From assembly GCA_964445905.1 (NCBI GenBank), contig CAYUNN010000010.1:1-58586 (forward strand): a stretch of 58,586 nucleotides of DNA, in the 5' to 3' direction. Position numbers and translations under genes: made by a program. This document shows, one piece after another, positions 46,747 to 57,175 of this stretch. A model generated the notes under the pieces. That model made no database searches. It was not told the DNA's origin and was given only the letters and a program-made list of their open reading frames with translations. How positions within the stretch are numbered: position 1 is the stretch's first letter; each line of letters starts with the position of its first letter. Origin of the DNA: an uncultured Candidatus Saccharibacteria bacterium. Its GTDB lineage: Bacteria; Patescibacteriota; Minisyncoccia; Minisyncoccales; JAGGXC01.

Positions 46747-48075
46747 TTAATTCTTTAAGGTTTTTTTAAAATGGGCTGTTAAACCTTCAATGCTTATTCT
46801 CTTCTGTTCCATGGTATCTCTGTCTCTAACTGTTACATCGTTTTTTTCTAAAGTATCAAAATCAATGGTGACAGCAAACAAGGTACCAATTTCATCCTGT
46901 CTTCGATATCTTTTCCCGATAGACCCAGTTTCGTCATAATAACACTTAAAGTTAGTGTTTAATATGTTAAACACTTCTTTTGCTTTTTTAGTTAATTCTG
47001 GTTTGTTTTTGACTAACGGTAAAACGGCTATCTTAATCGGAGCCAGTTCTTTGTGGAGCCTTAACACTCTCTCAACCTCTTTAATAGACTTGGTGGTTTT
47101 AGTCCGTCCTCCTTCTATTTCAGTATAAGCCTCAACCATAAAAGCCAAAAGTGATCTCCCTAATCCTCCTGACGTTTCAATAATATAGGGAAAATATTCT
47201 TCTTTCTTTTCTTGGTCAAAGTATTTTAAATCTTTACCAGAATATTTAGAATGATTCGAAAGATCCCAGTCTCCCCTATTGTGAACAGCTTCTAACTCTC
47301 CCCAGCCGAAAGGATATCTATACTCAATATCCGCACCCTGCTTAGCATAATGAGGTAAATCATTTTCAGAAATTTCATTAATTCTAAGATTTTCTTTTTT
47401 AAGCCCCATTTTTTGATACCATTCAATTCTTTTCTTTTTCCAATAAGCAAAATATTTTTCTGCTTCGTTCGGATGGCAAAACCATTCCATCTCCATTTGT
47501 TCAAACTCTCTGCTTCTATAAATAAAATTTTTCGGATTAATTTCGTTTCTAAAAGCCTTTCCTACTTGAGCAATGCCAAAGGGAATTTTCAGTCTCATAG
47601 AATTCAGAACATTTTGAAAATTAACATAAATACCCTGAGTAGTCTCTGCTCTAAGATAAGCAGTGGAACTTTTTTCTTCCAAAGCACCAATAAAAGTTTT
47701 CATCATTAAATTAAACTTTCTAGCCTCGGTTATTTCTCCGCCGCACTCCGGACACTTATCATCCTTAATTTCCTCTTTTTTAAACCTTTTATGACAACTT
47801 TTACACTCAACCAATAAATCAGCGAAGCCTTTGCTTAAGTGCCCCGATGCTTCCCATATTTTAGGAGACATTAAAATGGCAGAATCTAATCTTACTATAC
47901 CTTCATGATTATTTAACATCTCTCTCCACCAAGCATCTTTGATATTTTCTTTTAGCTCAGCTCCTAAGGGTCCGTAATCATAACCCGAACCAAATCCTCC
48001 ATAAATCTCAGAAGAGGGGAAAATAAACCCTCTGCTTTTACAAAGTGAGATAATTTTATCCATTGTTTCTTCCAT
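46747..48075 (-). CDS. glyQS: Glycine--tRNA ligase (alpha2 type)
   Basis: YDYGPLG, YLRAETTQG, FRNEI, REFEQME and IGKRYRRQDEIG motifs. Confidence 0.96.
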   Translation of the reverse strand: MEETMDKIISLCKSRGFIFPSSEIYGGFGSGYDYGPLGAELKENIKDAWWREMLNNHEGIVRLDSAILMSPKIWEASGHLSKGFADLLVECKSCHKRFKKEEIKDDKCPECGGEITEARKFNLMMKTFIGALEEKSSTAYLRAETTQGIYVNFQNVLNSMRLKIPFGIAQVGKAFRNEINPKNFIYRSREFEQMEMEWFCHPNEAEKYFAYWKKKRIEWYQKMGLKKENLRINEISENDLPHYAKQGADIEYRYPFGWGELEAVHNRGDWDLSNHSKYSGKDLKYFDQEKKEEYFPYIIETSGGLGRSLLAFMVEAYTEIEGGRTKTTKSIKEVERVLRLHKELAPIKIAVLPLVKNKPELTKKAKEVFNILNTNFKCYYDETGSIGKRYRRQDEIGTLFAVTIDFDTLEKNDVTVRDRDTMEQKRISIEGLTAHFKKTLKN

Positions 48076-48111
48076 CGTTACTATTTTTTAAGAAATAAAA
48101 AATTAATTTAA

Positions 48112-49794
48112 TTATTCAACTATTCCCATCTCTTCAGAAATTGTTTCGTCGTCTGGCAAGGTAGTGTCAATAGAAGGAGCGGTGCTTATCAAGATTTGAT
48201 CCGTCCATTGATCTTCTCCAGAAATTTCAACCTCGCTAATCAACAAAGCTGGTTCCCCTCTTTGAGAAGAAGAAGGCATCAATCTTACCTGGAAAGAAAT
48301 ACTTGGAGCAGAATTAATAACGCCTTCTCCTGGATCCAAATCATTAACATTCCAAATGATCTCTCTCGAACCAGAATCAAAAACAAAATCTTCTTCTTTT
48401 TCTTCTGGAAATATATTTCCAGTCAGTTCTACCTCGTCAGGCAAGAAAGCTCTTACCTTAATATCTTCTACTCTATTGTAATAGTTTTTAACTTGCCAGG
48501 TTATGACATAAGTAGTATATCTTCCTACTTCCGGAGGAATAGGACCAGAATTATCAAAAATTTCATTTTCGAAATAAGCTTTTTGAGAAACTTCTAGTTT
48601 TGAATTAACTTTCGTTTCAAATTCCCTTCTAGCTTCGGAAAGAATGATCTGACTCTTTACTATAGGATTCTTGTCTCTGTCAATATCAGAAATTTTCCAA
48701 TCTTCTTTAAGTTCTACCCAAAACTCAATCTTTCCTTCTTCCTGGCTGTCTAAGAAAGCAAGCTGAGGATTTTTCCTCCAATCAAAAACAATAGAATTAT
48801 TTCCTGTTTCAAAACTGCCCCCGGGAGCTTTAATACTTTCTAGATCAATAATACTCCCTTGAAGCTGAGCAACCATAAATAAATTAGTCAGCGACTCCTG
48901 GCTTAAATTTTTAAATATTATTTCATAATGAAGTAACCCTCCTGCGCTAGCTATATACTCAGGACTGCCATTAATCTGCTGAGTAATATAGATATCGGGT
49001 CTGATAATTTCAACTCCTCTGCTAATCTCTTTAAGCAAAACAAATTCTCCGTCTTTCCAGCTTCCAAGCTCTGCCTTAAATATTTTTTCCTCTCCTAGTT
49101 CGCCTTGAATATTTCCTATCGCTTCAATTCTTCCCCCTTCTGCTCTGTTCAAAAGGCCAATCTCCCATTCATTCTCACCCAAAGCTCCCGGATTTGATTC
49201 TTTAAAATCAAAACCTGAAGGATAACTCATTTTTACTCTTAAACCAGAAAGAGGAAAATCTACGTTAGAAAAATAATTTAATCTTACATTTAAATCTTTC
49301 CCTGGTTCTACCTTTGAAGAAAAATCGAATTGGAAGCTGATAGGAACCTTTTCGATTATTGTTGTAAAGGTGGTTTTAGATTCATACCAGGCATTTAAAT
49401 TCCTGGGTTGATAGCTTATTGCAGCCTTGGCTATTCTAGCCTCATTTTCTTTTCCTAGCAACCTGCATTTAAAGGTAATAGTCCTTTCCTCTCCGGGATA
49501 AATATCCCCTCCTAATTCTTCTTTTCCTATTTCTCGTCTCAGAGGCTCACCCGAATTAATAATTGAATAATCAGGATATTCAAAGATTAATGTCGGATTT
49601 TCTAAGCGAACATCTCCGTTATTTTGATATTTAACGATATATTCTACTTCTTCTCCTAAACTAGTCTCTCTCGGACCTAATATTTCTAATTTAAGAACTT
49701 CTTTAGAATAAATATTTTTTTGGTAATACCAGAATCCTACCAAGCCAAGGATGATAGTTGACAATGTCAAAAATAAAATAAGTTTTTTCTTCAT
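48112..49794 (-). CDS. Membrane-anchored protein with repeated Ig-like (DUF11-like) domains
   Basis: N-terminal TM helix; repeated beta-rich units (YIVKYQN, YEIIFKN, YVITWQVKN). Confidence 0.75.
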   Translation of the reverse strand: MKKKLILFLTLSTIILGLVGFWYYQKNIYSKEVLKLEILGPRETSLGEEVEYIVKYQNNGDVRLENPTLIFEYPDYSIINSGEPLRREIGKEELGGDIYPGEERTITFKCRLLGKENEARIAKAAISYQPRNLNAWYESKTTFTTIIEKVPISFQFDFSSKVEPGKDLNVRLNYFSNVDFPLSGLRVKMSYPSGFDFKESNPGALGENEWEIGLLNRAEGGRIEAIGNIQGELGEEKIFKAELGSWKDGEFVLLKEISRGVEIIRPDIYITQQINGSPEYIASAGGLLHYEIIFKNLSQESLTNLFMVAQLQGSIIDLESIKAPGGSFETGNNSIVFDWRKNPQLAFLDSQEEGKIEFWVELKEDWKISDIDRDKNPIVKSQIILSEARREFETKVNSKLEVSQKAYFENEIFDNSGPIPPEVGRYTTYVITWQVKNYYNRVEDIKVRAFLPDEVELTGNIFPEEKEEDFVFDSGSREIIWNVNDLDPGEGVINSAPSISFQVRLMPSSSQRGEPALLISEVEISGEDQWTDQILISTAPSIDTTLPDDETISEEMGIVE

Positions 49795-49814
49795 AATGTA
49801 TTATTGTATCAAAT

Positions 49815-50546
49815 TTATACTGTTTTTAAAACATCTTTAAAATAAGAAATGTAAGCACCAGAGATTTCTTCTAGGTTTTCTTTGTGTTTTTGATTAATAT
49901 TTAGCCTTTTTAAATCGTCCCACTCTTCTTTCATTAAAAACCTTAAAATTTTTGTTGTTTCAGAATCAATTCTTTTTCCTTCCTTAAGTTCTTTAAAGCA
50001 CTTATCACAAATTATTCCTCCTTGCTCAGAATTAAAATAAAGGTTTTCAGGAATTATTTTTTTCTGACAAAAAGAACAATTATCTAATTCAGGTCGATAT
50101 CCTAAAAAAGATAGAAAATTCCAAAAAAAATAATGATAAGCTAACGAAGAAAATTCAGGAGAAGAAGACTCTTCTAGTCTGTCAAGGGTTTCCAGAACCA
50201 AAAGCCACACTTTTTTCCCTGCTTCATCTCCCCTTATTAAAAAATCTACATTTTCTCCGATCTCTGTAGCTATTTTCAACTTATCTAAATCTTTATTAAT
50301 ATTTACAAATCTCTTTTTCTGAAAAGAATCAGTTAATGTCTTGTAAGTTTTTCCTTGAACAAACTCAATTTCTGACAAAGAAAAAATCTGAACTCCTGAT
50401 CTTAGCTTAGATTTTATTTTTCTGATAGCCTTAGCCAGCACTTTTACCTTACCAAATTCTTTTGTAAGAATAGTTAAGAGTTGATCAGCGTCTCTTCTAT
50501 TTTCTTTTTTTAAAATAATCCCAAGACTTCTATAGTGAACGAACAT
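49815..50546 (-). CDS. recO: DNA repair protein RecO
   Basis: DADQLLTILTKEFGK, AKAIRKIKSKL and a CxxC..CxxC zinc finger. Confidence 0.93.
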   Translation of the reverse strand: MFVHYRSLGIILKKENRRDADQLLTILTKEFGKVKVLAKAIRKIKSKLRSGVQIFSLSEIEFVQGKTYKTLTDSFQKKRFVNINKDLDKLKIATEIGENVDFLIRGDEAGKKVWLLVLETLDRLEESSSPEFSSLAYHYFFWNFLSFLGYRPELDNCSFCQKKIIPENLYFNSEQGGIICDKCFKELKEGKRIDSETTKILRFLMKEEWDDLKRLNINQKHKENLEEISGAYISYFKDVLKTV

Positions 50547-50548
50547 AA

Positions 50549-53500
50549 CTATATTTTTTTAATCGCCAACCACAAATCTTTCTGATCAAATTTTATTTCT
50601 CTTTCGGCAGCAAATGTTAATTTAGACTTTTTGCCAAACTCAAATTTTTCTGCTTCAACTTCCTTTAAAATAAAATCTTTATTCCTTGTTAAAATTTCAT
50701 TTAATTCCTTGTCTCCCGAATAACAAATCAAAATTTTGTGCCTCGGCTTGTAACCTGCTTTTTTTCTCATTGATTTAATATGGCGAAGCACTTCTCTTAT
50801 TATCCCCTCTTCTCTCAATTTTGGAGTAATATTAAGATCTAATTTCATTTCTTCTTTTAAATCATCAAAAATTATTTCTTTAACATTGACCTCTTCTTTA
50901 ATCAGATCAATTAATTCTTTTTGATCCAACTTAAAAGATTTTTTCCTGATAGCCAAAGAAGGAAGAGGTTGTCTCACCTTAATCCCTGATTCAGCTCTTT
51001 TGTTTAGAGCTAATCCAATAATTTTTCTAACATCTTTCATTCTCTTCTCAAGCTCGATATCTATTAAGCCTTCATTAGCTTCAGGATAATCACACAAATG
51101 AACCGATTCTTCTTTTCCTTTATAAGAAGGTAATTCTTGATAAATATATTCGGAGAAGAAAGGAACAAAGGGCGCTAACAATTTAACTAATTCTATTAAG
51201 ACATAATTTAAAATTATCACAGCTTCTTCTTTCTCTTTTTCATTTTTCGGCTTCTGAAATCTTCCTCTGGATCTTCTTATGTACCAATTAGATAAATCGT
51301 CAACGAATTCTTCAAAAAGTCTAGCCGCGCTAACTATTTCATACAACTTCAAATTTTCGTCTATTTTAATTTTTAAACCTTCCAATCTTGAAACTATCCA
51401 TTTATCTAGTAATTTCTCCGGATGAATATCTAGACTAACATCTTTTTTCTCAGAATAAATGGACAGAAATCTAAGACTATTCCAAAAAGTGCCAAAAAAC
51501 TTCCTTGAAAGATCTCCGAGCTCTTTGAAGTCGAATCTTTTAGGCTCCCCAACAGAGTTAATGGTATAGAAATAAAATCTTGCGCAATCCACTCCGAATT
51601 CATCTGCTACCTTTTGGGGATCAACAATAATGCCTTTTGATTTAGACATTTTACGTCCCTTTGCATCTAAAACAATGCCATGAGAAATAACATTCTTATA
51701 AGAGATACCCAAACCAAGTAGAGTTGAAATAGCCAGCAGCGTATAAAACCAGCCCCGGGTTTGATCTACTCCTTCACAAATAAAGTCAGCTGGGAAAAAC
51801 TCATTGTTATTAATTTTTTCTTTATTTTCAAAAGGATAATGGAGCTGAGCATAAGGGACAGAACCAGAGTCGAACCAACAATCAATCACTTCAGGGACTC
51901 TTTCCATTAAAGAATTGCATTCGGAACAAGCAAATTTAATTTCGTCAACATAAGGTCTGTGAAAATTAAGATTTCCTTTTTTATCATAAGGAAACTTCTT
52001 AAATTCAATTTCTCTTATTTCGTCGTTTCTAGGGATAAGGTCCGAATACAAATCAACAATTTCCTTATTGGTTAATCCTTTAACTGCTGATTGCAAAAAC
52101 CAAAGAGGCCCTCCGTGACTTACTATTAAAATATTCTTTCCTTTATATTTGCTTTCTAAATTTTCTATGAAATTAATCACTCTTAATTTTACTTCATTAT
52201 ATGTTTCCCCTTTTTCAGGAGGATTAGTAAACCTATCTTCATTAACAGAATAATTCCTGAGATAATCATTCTTAGATTTTCCATTACATTCTCCAAAATC
52301 AATTTCTCTTAATCTTTTATCGTATTTAACTTTAACTCCAATTTCCTTAGAAACAATTTCTGCTGTTTGCTTTGTTCTCTTAAGATTAGAAGCAAAAACT
52401 AAATCTATTTTCTTATCTTTAAGAAATTTAGCTGAGTTTTCTACCTGCTTTATTCCTTCTAAATCTAATGGACAATTAATGATCTCCGGCCAAGAGCTCA
52501 TTGAATCTTCTTGGCAAACAGAATGACCATGACGCATTAAAAAGTAATGATTTGTGCTAAATTTTTTTGAAATTAGATCTTCTCTAGAACCGACTAATTC
52601 AACTTTATTACAATTAGAACATTTCCAGGCGGGCAAAGGAGTCCCCCAATATCTTTCTCTGGTTAAATTCCAATCCTTAATTTCTTTTAACCATTCCCCA
52701 AACCTTCCTTCTTTTAAATGAGGCGGTATCCAGTTAATCTTTTTATTATTAGCTAATAAATCACTCTTAACTTTCTGCATATTTATAAACCAGCTTTTCT
52801 TGGCATAGTAAATAAGGGGAGAATCACACCTCCAACAAAAAGGATAGTCGTGAATATAATCTTCTTCTTTAAAAATTATGTTCTTCTTTTTTAATTCTTC
52901 AATAATTAAAGGGTCAGCACTTTTTACAAATTTTCCTGCCCATTGCTTTATTTCCTTTTCAAACTTTCCTTCTTCGTTAACTGTTACCAATACGGGCAAT
53001 TCTTCCTGTTTTCCAAGATTCATATCGTCTTCTCCAAAAGCAGGAGCTATATGAACTAATCCTGTTCCCTCTTCCAAGGAAACAAAGTCTGCCCCAACGA
53101 TCTTATAAATATTCTTCTTTCCCTTCGCTAGCTTAATATCAAATAATGGTTTGTATTTTAATCCAATCAGATTTTCTCCTTTAAATCTCTCTACTATCTC
53201 TCCTTCGATCCCCGAGTTTTCTAGTCTTCCTTTGGCTACAATTAAATATTCTTTATTAATTTTTACTTTGTAATAAGTAAAACTAGGATTTATAGCAATA
53301 GCCACATTGGCAGGAAGAGTCCAGGGAGTAGTAGTCCAAACAAGCAGATAAGAATCTTTGAATTTAGCATCTTTTGCTTTTAATTTAAATTTAACATAGA
53401 TGGCCGGCTCTTTGGTTTTTTTATACCCCTGAGCCACTTCATGCGATGAGAGAGAGGTTCCACACCGAGGACAGTAAGGAATAACTTTATAGTCTTCATA

Positions 53501-53992
53501 TAAAAATCCTTTTCCCCAAATTTGCTTAAGAATCCACCAAACAGATTCCATATATTCGGGACTACAAGTAATGTATGGATTATCTAAGTCCAGCCAAAAA
53601 CCTATTCTTTTAGTAAACTCCTCCCATTCACTCTTATAGCTAAAAATATTTTTCTCACATTCTTGGGCAAATCTTTCAATGCCGATTTCTTCAATTTCTT
53701 TTTTACTCTTAACGTTTAATTGCTTTTCTGTTTCCATCTCAGTGGGGAGACCATGCGTATCCCAACCTGCTTTTCTTTCAACATAAAAACCTTTCATTGT
53801 CTTATAACGTAAAATAGCATCTTTAAAAGAACGAGCTAAAAGATGATGTATTCCTGGCTTTCCATTGGCAAAGGGAGGACCTTCGTAAAAAACAAAGCGA
53901 GGCTTTCCTTTTGTCTTCACTAGTGTTTTCTGAAAAATATTATTATCCTTCCAAAACCTTAAAATTTCTTTTTCTTTTTTAGGCAAGTCCAT
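50549..53992 (-). CDS. ileS: Isoleucine--tRNA ligase (type 2) with an inserted histidine-phosphatase domain
   Basis: EGPPFANG, GWDTHGLP, WTTTPWTLP, DQTRGWF and KMSKS; internal RHG...HGG domain. Confidence 0.95.
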   Translation of the reverse strand: MDLPKKEKEILRFWKDNNIFQKTLVKTKGKPRFVFYEGPPFANGKPGIHHLLARSFKDAILRYKTMKGFYVERKAGWDTHGLPTEMETEKQLNVKSKKEIEEIGIERFAQECEKNIFSYKSEWEEFTKRIGFWLDLDNPYITCSPEYMESVWWILKQIWGKGFLYEDYKVIPYCPRCGTSLSSHEVAQGYKKTKEPAIYVKFKLKAKDAKFKDSYLLVWTTTPWTLPANVAIAINPSFTYYKVKINKEYLIVAKGRLENSGIEGEIVERFKGENLIGLKYKPLFDIKLAKGKKNIYKIVGADFVSLEEGTGLVHIAPAFGEDDMNLGKQEELPVLVTVNEEGKFEKEIKQWAGKFVKSADPLIIEELKKKNIIFKEEDYIHDYPFCWRCDSPLIYYAKKSWFINMQKVKSDLLANNKKINWIPPHLKEGRFGEWLKEIKDWNLTRERYWGTPLPAWKCSNCNKVELVGSREDLISKKFSTNHYFLMRHGHSVCQEDSMSSWPEIINCPLDLEGIKQVENSAKFLKDKKIDLVFASNLKRTKQTAEIVSKEIGVKVKYDKRLREIDFGECNGKSKNDYLRNYSVNEDRFTNPPEKGETYNEVKLRVINFIENLESKYKGKNILIVSHGGPLWFLQSAVKGLTNKEIVDLYSDLIPRNDEIREIEFKKFPYDKKGNLNFHRPYVDEIKFACSECNSLMERVPEVIDCWFDSGSVPYAQLHYPFENKEKINNNEFFPADFICEGVDQTRGWFYTLLAISTLLGLGISYKNVISHGIVLDAKGRKMSKSKGIIVDPQKVADEFGVDCARFYFYTINSVGEPKRFDFKELGDLSRKFFGTFWNSLRFLSIYSEKKDVSLDIHPEKLLDKWIVSRLEGLKIKIDENLKLYEIVSAARLFEEFVDDLSNWYIRRSRGRFQKPKNEKEKEEAVIILNYVLIELVKLLAPFVPFFSEYIYQELPSYKGKEESVHLCDYPEANEGLIDIELEKRMKDVRKIIGLALNKRAESGIKVRQPLPSLAIRKKSFKLDQKELIDLIKEEVNVKEIIFDDLKEEMKLDLNITPKLREEGIIREVLRHIKSMRKKAGYKPRHKILICYSGDKELNEILTRNKDFILKEVEAEKFEFGKKSKLTFAAEREIKFDQKDLWLAIKKI

Positions 53993-53996
53993 AATT

Positions 53997-55565
53997 TTAC
54001 ATTTTTGAAGGAGCCGAAACTCCCATCAAATCTAAAGTTTGTTTTATTATTATTTTTGTCGCCGAAGATAGAAATAGCCTTGCTTGTTTCAATTTCTTAT
54101 CATCGCAAAGAATCTTACAGTCTTTATAAAACTTATGAAACGCTTCAGCTACTTCAATGCTATATTGAGGCAAACGCTGAAGCTGATAATCATGAATAAT
54201 GCTTTCAATCACCTCTTGGAATTTAATTAATGTTTTCATTAAATTTATTTCTGATAAATGATTTAAATCGTCCAATTCTATTTCTGTTTTTTCTAATTTA
54301 TTCTTTTCAAAAATACTGCAAATTCTAGCATGAGCATACTGAACATAATAAACTGGGTTCTTGTTAGACTGCTCTTTAGCTAAAGATAAGTCAAATTTTA
54401 AGTGTGAACTTGCAGATCTCTGAAGGAAAAAAAATCTTACTACGTCAGAACCCACTTCATCAAGTAAATCATCCAGAGCGATATAAACCCCCTTTCTTTT
54501 CGACATTTTAAATTCTTTATTGCCTTTTAGAATAGTAACAAACTGCAAAAGCACAAAATCAAGCTTGTCTTTGTGTCCCAGGGCTTCTACCCCCGCTTTT
54601 AGTCCTGGAACGTCACCATGGTGATCAGAGCCCCAGACATTTATTACTTTATCAAACTTCTTATCTTCAAATTTATATCTATGATAAGCTATGTCCCCTG
54701 CTAAATAAGTGGGGGTACCATCTTTTCTGATCAGTACTCTGTCTCTTTCATCTCCAAAATCTTTAGTCTTCAGCCAAGAAGCTCCTTCTTTCTCATAAAT
54801 CAATTTCTTTTTTTTGAAGATATTTATTGTTTCTTCTACCTTCCCAGATTTATATAAATCTTTTTCTGAAAACCATTCGTTATAATTAATTCCCAATCTA
54901 TCGGTGGTTTTTTTAATCATTTCTTTTATTATAATCTCTGCTGCTTTTTCTCCTGCTTTGCAAGGATCTTTTTCTTTTATTTTTTTACTCAAATAATCAA
55001 TATATTCTCCTTTGTATTGAGCCTGATCGTCTTTTAAGACTGAGTGACCAAGATTAATGATTTGCTTACCTTGATCATTAACATAGTAAGCTTTTTCTGT
55101 TTTAAAACCAGCTTTTTTAAAAACATTGGCCAGTGAATCTCCGAAGGGCCCTCCTCTTGCGTTCCCTATTGTTAATGGGCCAGTGGGATTTGCTGAAATA
55201 AATTCTACCTGAATTTTTTTACCTTTAGCTAGTTCAAGCTTGCCAAAATTTTCTTTTTCGCTTAAAATTTCTTTTAACTTTTTCTTAAGATACTTTTCTG
55301 AAAGAAAAAAATTAAAAAACAATCCTTTTAATTCAGTTTTTTTAAAATAATTATTAAAATCTTTATCTTTTTTAATAATATCGAGAACCCTAGAAAGTTT
55401 ATCAAAATCTTTTATACTTTCTTTTTTGCCTTCCCTGTAAGGAATAGCCGTATAATCTCCGTACTTTTTTTGAGGAGGATATTCTATCTTGACGCTTTCG
55501 CAAACAACTCTTTCTCTCTCACAGGCTCTTTTAACTATCTCCTTTATTTTATCTTTTATTTCCAT
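53997..55565 (-). CDS. argS: Arginine--tRNA ligase
   Basis: EFISANPTGPL, YLAGDIAYH, KMSKRKG and YVQYAHAR motifs. Confidence 0.96.
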   Translation of the reverse strand: MEIKDKIKEIVKRACERERVVCESVKIEYPPQKKYGDYTAIPYREGKKESIKDFDKLSRVLDIIKKDKDFNNYFKKTELKGLFFNFFLSEKYLKKKLKEILSEKENFGKLELAKGKKIQVEFISANPTGPLTIGNARGGPFGDSLANVFKKAGFKTEKAYYVNDQGKQIINLGHSVLKDDQAQYKGEYIDYLSKKIKEKDPCKAGEKAAEIIIKEMIKKTTDRLGINYNEWFSEKDLYKSGKVEETINIFKKKKLIYEKEGASWLKTKDFGDERDRVLIRKDGTPTYLAGDIAYHRYKFEDKKFDKVINVWGSDHHGDVPGLKAGVEALGHKDKLDFVLLQFVTILKGNKEFKMSKRKGVYIALDDLLDEVGSDVVRFFFLQRSASSHLKFDLSLAKEQSNKNPVYYVQYAHARICSIFEKNKLEKTEIELDDLNHLSEINLMKTLIKFQEVIESIIHDYQLQRLPQYSIEVAEAFHKFYKDCKILCDDKKLKQARLFLSSATKIIIKQTLDLMGVSAPSKM

Positions 55566-55631
55566 ATTATAATCTTAGTCTATCCTATTTTACTTAAAAT
55601 TTAAAGGGTTTAATGATAAACTATAATATAC

Positions 55632-56087
55632 ATGAAAATCATTGCAAAAAATAAAAAAGCATATTTCGATTATGAAATTCTTGAAACATTTGAAGCGGGT
55701 ATTAAGTTGATAGGGCAGGAAGTTAAATCTATTAAAACAGGCAAAATAAGCTTAAAAGGATCTTACGTAACATTAAAAAGAAAGGGCAACAAAGAAGTCC
55801 CAGAGGTATTTTTAATTGGTTGTACCGTTCCCCCTTATCAACCAAATAATATTTCTTTTGATTACGACCCAAATAAATCACGCAAGCTCTTGCTTAACAA
55901 ATCAGAAATTAAGAATTTAATAGGAAAATCAAAACAAAAAGGGTTGACAATCATCCCCTTGAGGGTTTATACTAGGAAGGGTAAAATCAAGCTAGAAATA
56001 GCTGTGGCTAAAGGAAAAAGGAAGATTGATAAAAGAGAAAAGATTAAAAAAAGAGAAATAGACAAAAGAATAAAAAGAAATCTCTGA
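55632..56087 (+). CDS. smpB: SsrA-binding protein
   Basis: NKKAYFDY, EAGI, EVKS, RKLLL and KGK..DKRE motifs. Confidence 0.96.
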   Translation: MKIIAKNKKAYFDYEILETFEAGIKLIGQEVKSIKTGKISLKGSYVTLKRKGNKEVPEVFLIGCTVPPYQPNNISFDYDPNKSRKLLLNKSEIKNLIGKSKQKGLTIIPLRVYTRKGKIKLEIAVAKGKRKIDKREKIKKREIDKRIKRNL

Positions 56088-56100
56088 AGAGAACAAAAAT

Positions 56101-56451
56101 GGGGATGTTTGCGATTCGACAGAAATTAAATTTCTCGAATAATCAAGCTGAGTACCCTGAAATCTCATAAAACTTTCAGGAAAAGAATAAGTAACAACTT
56201 ATCAGAACAACCAGCTTTAGCAGTTGCCTAAAGCCATCCATTTTAGTGATTCTCGATAACTAAAATAGATGCTATATATCGAGATACAGATAATTGTTCT
56301 TGTCTCAGAATGATTATCTAAATTCATGAGACTAGGAATTCTATATTTTTTACTTGTTTTTCAATGGAATTCCGAAAAACAAAACAAGTTAAGCTTGTAT
56401 AATTATTCAAGAATAAATTTCTGGACGAGGGTTCAATTCCCTCCATCTCCA
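56101..56451 (+). ncRNA. ssrA: tmRNA
   Basis: 5' GGGGATG..GATTCGAC and 3' GACGAGGGTTCAATTCCCTCCATCTCCA; tag frame 56193..56231 NNLSEQPALAVA*; follows smpB. Confidence 0.93.
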
Positions 56452-56475
56452 CAAAAATATTAAAATAAAAAAAGT

Positions 56476-56982
56476 TTGATTAAGAAACCACCAATAAACA
56501 ACGGGATAAAAAGCGCTGAAGTAAGGCTTATTGATGAAAATGGCAAACAAGTTGGAGTAGTTAGTCTTAACAAAGCACTTCAAATCAGCAAAGAGTGCAA
56601 TTTAGATTTAGTACAAATTACTGATAAGGTTGAACCTCCTGTTTGTAAAGTTATGGATTTCGGAAAATACTTATATCGCCAAGAAAAGAAAGAAAACAAA
56701 GGTAGTAGGAAAACAAGCGCTTTGAAAGGATTAAGAATAGGCTTTAACACCTCTTCTCACGACTTAGAAACAAAAGCAAGAACAGCTCAAAGATTTCTAA
56801 AAAAGGGAGATAAGGTAAAAATAGAAATGAAACTAAGAGGAAGAGAAAAAGCTTTAAACAGAATTGCCACGGAAAAAATAAAAGAATTTATTAAAATTAT
56901 AGGCAAAGAATTACCAATAAAGATAGAAAGGGATATCAAAAGGCAACCAAACAACTTAACTGTAATAATTTTTAAAGAATAA
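56476..56982 (+). CDS. infC: Translation initiation factor IF-3
   Basis: VRLIDENG, LDLV, PPVCKVMDFGKY, HDLETK and RGRE motifs; non-AUG start (TTG 56476 or ATT 56479). Confidence 0.95.
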   Translation: MIKKPPINNGIKSAEVRLIDENGKQVGVVSLNKALQISKECNLDLVQITDKVEPPVCKVMDFGKYLYRQEKKENKGSRKTSALKGLRIGFNTSSHDLETKARTAQRFLKKGDKVKIEMKLRGREKALNRIATEKIKEFIKIIGKELPIKIERDIKRQPNNLTVIIFKE

Positions 56983-56988
56983 ATAATT

Positions 56989-57174
56989 ATGAAAACAAGA
57001 AAATCAGTTAAAAAGAGATTTAAAATCACTAAAAAAGGAAAGGTTATGAGGAGAATTGGCGGTCAAGACCATGCTCGAGCAAAAAAAACTGGCGATCAAA
57101 TTAGACACAAAAGAAAATGGGTTGAAGTATCCAAGCCTTTAGCTAAAAGAGTAAAAAAATTAATCAATAAATAG
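56989..57174 (+). CDS. rpmI: 50S ribosomal protein bL35
   Basis: MKTRKSVKKRFKITKKGK; infC-rpmI-rplT synteny. Confidence 0.95.
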   Translation: MKTRKSVKKRFKITKKGKVMRRIGGQDHARAKKTGDQIRHKRKWVEVSKPLAKRVKKLINK

Positions 57175-57175
57175 C

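Noticed and set aside
52000-52552. Intein or intron in ileS
   Set aside because: No C/S...HN splice motifs or LAGLIDADG signature. The insert is a histidine-phosphatase domain.
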